Assembly (NCBI GenBank): GCA_031963205.1
Contig: JASSUB010000007.1
Span: 808-64,807, forward strand
Reading direction: 5' to 3'
Origin: Mycoavidus cysteinexigens
Lineage (GTDB): Bacteria; Pseudomonadota; Gammaproteobacteria; Burkholderiales; Burkholderiaceae
DNA length: 64,000 nt
Both the position numbers and the translations under genes were made by a program. How positions within the stretch are numbered: position 1 is the stretch's first letter; each line of letters opens with the position of its first letter. A model generated the notes under the pieces. That model was given only the letters and a program-made list of their open reading frames with translations. It was not told the DNA's origin and searched no databases. Below, one piece after another: positions 57,981 through 64,000 of this stretch.

Positions 57981-58580
57981 ACCTATTTTATGTTTCCGTC
58001 GAAAATCTCGCCATTTTTATACGTAAAGACACTGCTATTCACTGATGGGTTATTCATCTTTCTGCATCTCCTAGATATATACTGTTTATCTCGCATTCAC
58101 CATAAAAAATGAGCACTCATAGTTTTTAAATCACTATTGACTATAAGGGAACACCCCAAAATAGCAACAATATTTTTCTGACGTTTTTTAGGCGAAGCGA
58201 GAACTGTTCAAATCATGTTTTATGGGCAATAAATTTTATTCCCAATAAATTGATCGAGGTACTATTATGAGTAGCAGAGAACATCTATAACAATAACAAT
58301 AACCATCTTTATTACTGATGATTTTGTAAAGAGTGAGGGCTATGTTTATCCGTGCGTTATGGATAATTTAAGTTCGTGAAATGTTCTAGGAATGTGCTAG
58401 GAATGTGCTATCGAGTGGTTACCGCTACACTACTGTATATTTAACCAGTTATTGATTACCGTTTCTTCACCAGTAAGCTATCTATTGCTAATAAAGCACC
58501 AATAAAATAACGAATAAGCAACGCAGCCTGCTGAAGTTGACCCTATACTTTCCTTAAGTGTGCTTTAAGGATTGGAAACG

Positions 58581-59534
58581 ATGTTTATCAACCAGAAGCG
58601 ATTAAATTATTTTCACACGGTCTATACTCATGGAAAAATCCAAAGAGCTGCAGATTATTTGAATACACACTCCTCTGTTATTACACGACATATTCAGCTC
58701 CTAGAACAGGAAATGGGCGCAAAACTGTTTGAGCGCCGCCCTAGAGGAATGGTGCCGACTGAGGCAGGCGAATTATTAATGGAATATTATCGTGGTCAAT
58801 ATAAATTAGAAGAAACTTTGAAAACAGGATTACAAGAACTTGAGCAACGAGGCAGGATTCGTCTTGCTATGCCTACTACCTTTGTTGCTCCATTAATGAG
58901 TACATTTAATAATTTTCGCCTTCAATATCCTAATGTCCATCTTCAGATTGAAGAAATTTTTGAGTCTAATAAGATTGCGAATTTAATTGCTGAAGACATT
59001 GTGCATATAGGAATAGTTCATTGTTGCCCTAATTTTCCTGACGTTCTTTATTATGCAAGCGAGCGTTTGCCTGTAAGGCTATTAGTCAATAAGAGTCATC
59101 CACTATCTGGCAAACACAAGGTTACCTTTTCAGAAGCGGTAAGTTATCCATTTTCATTAGCTGCTGCCCCAGATATTTTTTCAGCAGCAATAAGGGCTGC
59201 AGCTCTTTCAGAAAAAATTGAATTGCCTTCTCCCATATTCGTCAGTAATTCAACAGTAGCCCGGAAAAATTTTGCTTGCACGGGTTCAGCCGCGGTATTT
59301 ATGTCTGAATTTTCTGCGTATGAGGAAATTAAAACGGAAAAACTGGTGGCGTTGGAAATTGAGCACCCCGTTTTTAACTCTGCCGAGTTGAATATCATTG
59401 TCAGGCGAGGCAAACGGTTGTCATCAGCAATTAATCAATTACTTAGATTGCTTGCTTCAAGATTACCTATATTTGGGCAAAATAAATTATACGCTAGCGA
59501 TAGTCAGATACCATTAGGAGCCTCACATGAATAA
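58581..59534 (+). CDS. LysR-family transcriptional regulator
   Basis: GKIQRAADYLNTHSSVITRHIQLLEQEMGAKLFERRPRGMVPTEAG; divergent from the third 2-HCT copy. Confidence 0.92.
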   Translation: MFINQKRLNYFHTVYTHGKIQRAADYLNTHSSVITRHIQLLEQEMGAKLFERRPRGMVPTEAGELLMEYYRGQYKLEETLKTGLQELEQRGRIRLAMPTTFVAPLMSTFNNFRLQYPNVHLQIEEIFESNKIANLIAEDIVHIGIVHCCPNFPDVLYYASERLPVRLLVNKSHPLSGKHKVTFSEAVSYPFSLAAAPDIFSAAIRAAALSEKIELPSPIFVSNSTVARKNFACTGSAAVFMSEFSAYEEIKTEKLVALEIEHPVFNSAELNIIVRRGKRLSSAINQLLRLLASRLPIFGQNKLYASDSQIPLGASHE

Positions 59535-60636
59535 CCAGAAACAGCCTAACGAGAAACGTCGAGCAATGATTAAAAATATGGCTGTTTTAAGTACAGCAAT
59601 TATATCCTCACCTTTCATTATTACCCCTTCTAGAGGAGCTACTAGAAAAACTGAAAAAGAGGGTTCTAATCAAAAAATAGTTATTCGCACTGCGGGTGGT
59701 AATATTCAGCAATATTACACAGAACATCTATTCAAACCATTTTATAAAGAATCTGGTATTGAAGTAATCGGTGTTTCATCCAAAGTAGAGCCAACCACAG
59801 AAATTAAAACCATGGTTGAAAATAAAAATTACCTGTGGAATATGTCATGCCTTAGTCATCGGGCCGTTCATTTTTTGGGCAAGGATTATCTCGAACCTCA
59901 TAAACTGGAGAATGATCCGATCATATCAACCATTATGCCGCCCTTCGTAACGCCTTACGGCATTGGCATGGACGTATATGCTTTGGTGCTTGCGTATCGG
60001 ACGGATGCTTTTGAAAAGAAAGGACTCAAAGCGCCGAAAATATGGAAGGATTTTTGGGATGTAGAGAATTTTCCAGGCCGCCGTGCTTTGCGTAAAGTTC
60101 CATTTGATACGATAGAAGAAGCGTTGTTAGCGGATGGTGCACTCCCAAGCGAGGTCTACCCCTGCGATCTTAATCGGGCGTTTCACAGCCTTGACAGAAT
60201 TAAATCGCATGTTCCTGTTTGGTGGCAGAATGCGCCCGATGCAGGAAATTTATTGACAACAGGCGAGGTAGACTTAATGCCTGCTTTTGTGGTCAATGTA
60301 CTCTTTGCCCTTGATGCCAAGGCACCTGTTGCGTTTTCTTGGGATCAGCATATCCGCGGATGTGATAACTGGGTAATTTTAAAGGGTGCGCCTAACGCAG
60401 ATGCATGCCGAGAATTTATTAAATTTGCTACCCATCCAGAGCGGCAGGCGCAGCTTGCAAAGTACGGAGTCGCGCCAAGCCAGCCTAAAGCCTTTGACTA
60501 TATCGATCCAGAATATTTCAAATTTCTTTCCACTTATCCAGACAATTTCAAGAAAGGCTTATTTAGCAATGCCTTGTATTGGACGAAAAATCAACATTTT
60601 GTTACCGAACGCTTTAATCAGTGGATGCTAAGTTGA
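59527..60636 (+). CDS. Polyamine-type (PotD/PotF-like) ABC substrate-binding protein with Tat-like signal
   Basis: KRRAMIK..LSTAIISSPFII signal; APKIWKDFWDVENFPGRRALR, LLADG, DRAF..LDRIK, WVILKGAPN; overlaps the LysR stop. Confidence 0.85.
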   Translation: MNNQKQPNEKRRAMIKNMAVLSTAIISSPFIITPSRGATRKTEKEGSNQKIVIRTAGGNIQQYYTEHLFKPFYKESGIEVIGVSSKVEPTTEIKTMVENKNYLWNMSCLSHRAVHFLGKDYLEPHKLENDPIISTIMPPFVTPYGIGMDVYALVLAYRTDAFEKKGLKAPKIWKDFWDVENFPGRRALRKVPFDTIEEALLADGALPSEVYPCDLNRAFHSLDRIKSHVPVWWQNAPDAGNLLTTGEVDLMPAFVVNVLFALDAKAPVAFSWDQHIRGCDNWVILKGAPNADACREFIKFATHPERQAQLAKYGVAPSQPKAFDYIDPEYFKFLSTYPDNFKKGLFSNALYWTKNQHFVTERFNQWMLS

Positions 60637-60766
60637 CTCAACGCTTAACTTATTTGGGCTGTATTCATGGCCTCTGATGTTCCGCCACGAGCATTGCTCG
60701 TATTTGGTTAAATTACTGACTCAGAACAGCATTCAAACGAATTTGCCAGTTCTGAATGGGGTATTA

Positions 60767-63700
60767 ATGATGTTGAAAATAGTTAATGCATCAGCTCAAC
60801 AGGTTCCAACAGCCTCCACCTCATCCAATGAGCAGAGGCAAACCACAACGGATGCTCATACGGTGGCGCATCCCCCTACTGTCGATATTGCCCCACCCAA
60901 TTCAGCGGGCATCTCGTATAACTCGTATCAAGAGTTCGATGTTACTTCCTCAGGCACAGTCATAGAGAATGGCCCTGCTGCGCGGATGATCTTGTATAAA
61001 ACCATAGGGGACAAACCCTCCAAATTTAATGGCATCGTAAAAATCGCAGGACAACCAGCCCAACTGGCCTTTTCCAATACCAATGGCATGCATGTATGGG
61101 GATGCAATTTCCTCAATACCCGCCGCATTATATTTGCGGCAGGTGAGCCGATTATCGGCAGCGATGCCAATCTTGACGCCTTTCTCGTAAGCGAAAAAGG
61201 CCAAATTACCATCAAAAGTGTCGCAAAGCTCAAGCAGTTTGATCAAATTGATCTCATCGCGTATTCCATAAAAATAGATGGAGAGTTGCAGGCCAATACC
61301 ATCAACATTAGCACTGGAAAGCATCAAGTCAATTACACAAAGTTGGGCGTTCCGGTAATGGCCACTCAGCCCGTGGCGAGCCTCCAGAGTGGGCAAAATC
61401 TGTCCACATTAGACCAGGTCAGCGCGGGGTGGCTAAAATTCACAAAGAAAGCCAAAGTACATGCTGATGAACACTTAAGAATTAAAGCGACCCTCTTATA
61501 TAACTCGAGTCATCAGATTCAATCAAACGGTGATATCACACTTGAAGTTGATCGCTTAGACAATACCGGCACACTCTATGCTCATCGTGATATTTCGCTG
61601 GAGGCGAACACCCTGGAGAATCAAGCAGGCGCTTTGATCGACGGGCGAGTTTTGACACTGAATACCCAAGAGCAACTCAAAAACCAAGGCATGATTCAAG
61701 GCAGCGCTGTCGCCATCAGTGCGCGTAGCTTAATCAATGATGGTGTAAAAGATACAAAGGAACATCAAGCTGGGGTGATCATGGCGCGAGGTCAACTGTC
61801 GATTGCCGTACAGACCCTGCATAACAAGGAGCATGGCTTAGTGCATAGCGAGGGCGAATTGGGAATCGGCGGTACGATCAATGCCGATGGAAAAGCAACA
61901 GGCGCAGCACTGGAACTAAACAATATTACGTCTTCCATTATCGAATCAAAAGATAAATTATGGATCCAGGCCGACGAGTTGGACAACGAAAATGGGCAAA
62001 TTACAACGAGTGCACATCTTACTCTGAAGAGTAAAAATTTTGATAATACGCGGGGTTATATAGAAGCTACTGGCTTAGTGATGCAAGCCGACGTGATTTA
62101 CAATAACGCAGGCCGGCTGCTCCATACTGGCACAGGACAGGCTCAGATTGAGGGCCGCCGCGCGATAATAAATGGCCATTTTAGAGATGAAAAAGAAGCC
62201 GGTTTTATCTTTAGCCAAGGCCCTCTTTCTGTCACCGCACCTAAAATAACTAATAATGATGGCGGGAAAATCCTTTCAAATCAATCGCTCAAAATAAAAG
62301 CCCTCGCTTTTTTAAATTATAAAGCTTGTCCCTCATTTAACATGGCAAATGAAGCGCGTACATCAATATATGAATTTTTTGTGAATAATAGATCTGGCAC
62401 GATATCAGCCCGCCAAAAAATCGAGATTGACACCATCCTCTTAAATAACCCTGCAGGAAAAATCATTGTAGGGTCGGATGAGGACCCCCCATCGCAACCT
62501 GCCCATAACGCTCACTCGCTTGAAGTGCATGCGAAGGTAGTGTTCAACCAGAATGAAGGTCAGATCATCAACACTGGCATAGGTGACATAAAGATTTTTG
62601 CAGATGAAATCGCTAATCGTATGTTTAAAGTAATAAAAGGCGGCCGGATCAGTACTCAAGGCGGAGTTATCATGGAAGCGCGGCTTATCTACAATGGGAG
62701 CTACGGTCAGATTTCAGGCAAAAGTGTAAATCTGAGAGCAGAAGAAGCCTTCGAAAATCTCGACGGTACAGTGTCTGCAAGCGATAAATTATCGCTGAAA
62801 AGTACATCTTTTGTAAATTGTATGGAGGGAGTCCTGCAAAGTGATGGAGATCTCTATGTTTCAGCATATCGTTTAATCAACGCTAGTATTTTGCACGGCA
62901 AGGGACAAGTCTTCCTCGAGGGTGAAGAGATAGAGAATAATAAAGAGGGATGGAATGAGAAGTATAAAATTTTTAAACTTGCTCAAAATGATGTGTTGAA
63001 ACAAGGCTCGGTTTTAATTGTTGGCGATACGGTTTCAATCGGCGCACATAGTCGACCTGATGCTTTTCTGAAGAACAGTGACGGCACAATTTTTGCACAC
63101 AACCACCTCGAGATCGGCACCAAAACAGTTGAAAACCTCAAACATGGTGTGTTTTATAGCGGCGGTACCCTGACCATCGGCGGTGAACTTGATGCCCAGT
63201 TCAAAGTACAGGGCGTCAGTGAGCATGTTTTCAATCATGGATCAACAATCGATGCGCTAGGCGATCTTGTGATCAATGCAAAAACGCTGCTCAATGCTAA
63301 CGGGGAGTTCAAGATCAAAGAGCAGGTCATCGAAGAACGGGAGATACACGAATGTCAAGATCACCATACCAACCAACGCTACGATGGATCTCAAATCGGC
63401 TGGCATGGTGACGTAGGGGGGCTTTACCGTGTGCACTCCTCCGGTGTAGAATTTTTTTGTTTTACTAACTATAACTTTACCCGTCGTGTGTCAACGACCG
63501 TGGTCACGCACAGCGAACCCGGTAAGATTCAAGCAGGGGGGGCGATCCGCTTATCAGGAGTGGTCACTAATGATAAAAGCCGGATGATTGCAGGGGGAAC
63601 GCTCAGTGACCTCGAAGGTGGAGCGGCTCAGATTAATAATGTTGATGCCAACGGTCAGCGTATCACCACCGATCAGGGTACATCCCAATGGTCAGACAGA

Positions 63701-64000
63701 GAATGGCGGGGTGGATTCAAGCGGTATTTTCAGCGCCATAGGAGTCAACACGTGCCCTACGAGCCAGCTCCGGTGGTAGAACACGACAATCTGAATGTAG
63801 CCGTCTATCAACAACACACCGCGGTCGACCATCAAGCACCCTCTACGGCGCTAGTGCACACCTCTGCCCTAACCAGCAGCAGCCCTTTCTTAAATAGCAG
63901 CTTGCAGCACTTTCAGCTCGATCCTGCTCAACCCTATCTGATTCAAACCGATCCCCGTTTTACGCGCAACAGCGACACCATTTCTAGCAATTTCTTGCTG
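60767..64000 (+). CDS. CdiA/filamentous-haemagglutinin-like TpsA exoprotein, 5' part (runs off window; alternative start ATG 60677)
   Basis: Hand translation: VDIAPPNSAGISYNSYQEFDV (TPS domain), FHA repeats (NQGMIQG, LHNKEHGLVHSEGELGIGG), NDKSRMIAGG, PYLIQTDPRF. The same frame is open in all segments checked and at the window end. Confidence 0.88.
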   Translation, partial: MMLKIVNASAQQVPTASTSSNEQRQTTTDAHTVAHPPTVDIAPPNSAGISYNSYQEFDVTSSGTVIENGPAARMILYKTIGDKPSKFNGIVKIAGQPAQLAFSNTNGMHVWGCNFLNTRRIIFAAGEPIIGSDANLDAFLVSEKGQITIKSVAKLKQFDQIDLIAYSIKIDGELQANTINISTGKHQVNYTKLGVPVMATQPVASLQSGQNLSTLDQVSAGWLKFTKKAKVHADEHLRIKATLLYNSSHQIQSNGDITLEVDRLDNTGTLYAHRDISLEANTLENQAGALIDGRVLTLNTQEQLKNQGMIQGSAVAISARSLINDGVKDTKEHQAGVIMARGQLSIAVQTLHNKEHGLVHSEGELGIGGTINADGKATGAALELNNITSSIIESKDKLWIQADELDNENGQITTSAHLTLKSKNFDNTRGYIEATGLVMQADVIYNNAGRLLHTGTGQAQIEGRRAIINGHFRDEKEAGFIFSQGPLSVTAPKITNNDGGKILSNQSLKIKALAFLNYKACPSFNMANEARTSIYEFFVNNRSGTISARQKIEIDTILLNNPAGKIIVGSDEDPPSQPAHNAHSLEVHAKVVFNQNEGQIINTGIGDIKIFADEIANRMFKVIKGGRISTQGGVIMEARLIYNGSYGQISGKSVNLRAEEAFENLDGTVSASDKLSLKSTSFVNCMEGVLQSDGDLYVSAYRLINASILHGKGQVFLEGEEIENNKEGWNEKYKIFKLAQNDVLKQGSVLIVGDTVSIGAHSRPDAFLKNSDGTIFAHNHLEIGTKTVENLKHGVFYSGGTLTIGGELDAQFKVQGVSEHVFNHGSTIDALGDLVINAKTLLNANGEFKIKEQVIEEREIHECQDHHTNQRYDGSQIGWHGDVGGLYRVHSSGVEFFCFTNYNFTRRVSTTVVTHSEPGKIQAGGAIRLSGVVTNDKSRMIAGGTLSDLEGGAAQINNVDANGQRITTDQGTSQWSDREWRGGFKRYFQRHRSQHVPYEPAPVVEHDNLNVAVYQQHTAVDHQAPSTALVHTSALTSSSPFLNSSLQHFQLDPAQPYLIQTDPRFTRNSDTISSNFLL

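Noticed and set aside
60928-63779. Short ORFs listed in the last 3 kb
   Set aside because: They are antisense or off-frame shadows of the single long FHA-like ORF.

Overview
This is a chromosomal segment of a Burkholderiaceae bacterium. Gene order and protein sequences are Burkholderia-like, and gene decay is extensive. Assignment to a Mycoavidus/Glomeribacter-type endofungal symbiont is an inference. Left arm (1-17.6 kb), housekeeping genes: relA (partial), ETF-QO, btuBCD, zapB-like/zapA, 6S RNA, lgt, ilvD, holC, pepA, lptFG. It ends in an Xre antitoxin - cysB - RES toxin arrangement, in which a cysB with a degenerate effector pocket sits inside a toxin-antitoxin pair. Centre (18.1-47.9 kb): a ~30 kb conjugative-element-derived island with no integrase or recognisable att sites. 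It carries an intact PFGI-1-type coupling protein (TraD) and a truncated MOBH relaxase that has lost its HHH/HD catalytic motifs. A ~20 kb co-oriented gene train joins a VirB/Trb type IV secretion system to an R64-like type IVb pilus through a VirB9-domain/TcpQ fusion. The island also has ICEclc-type regulators and a citrate/malate (2-HCT) symporter. The pattern best fits a domesticated, non-mobile machine repurposed for protein delivery or host attachment (inference). Right arm (47.9-64 kb): an MBL hydrolase, a J-domain orphan, tRNA-Leu(UAA) interrupted by a 236-nt group I intron, ldcA and tadA. These are followed by a mosaic of a Tn3-type MITE, a Tn552/Tn7-like transposon end, two more broken 2-HCT copies, an orphan lipoprotein, a LysR regulator with a lone binding protein, and the 5' part of a CdiA/FHA-like gene with a degenerate TPS domain. 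No CRISPR array or rRNA was seen.
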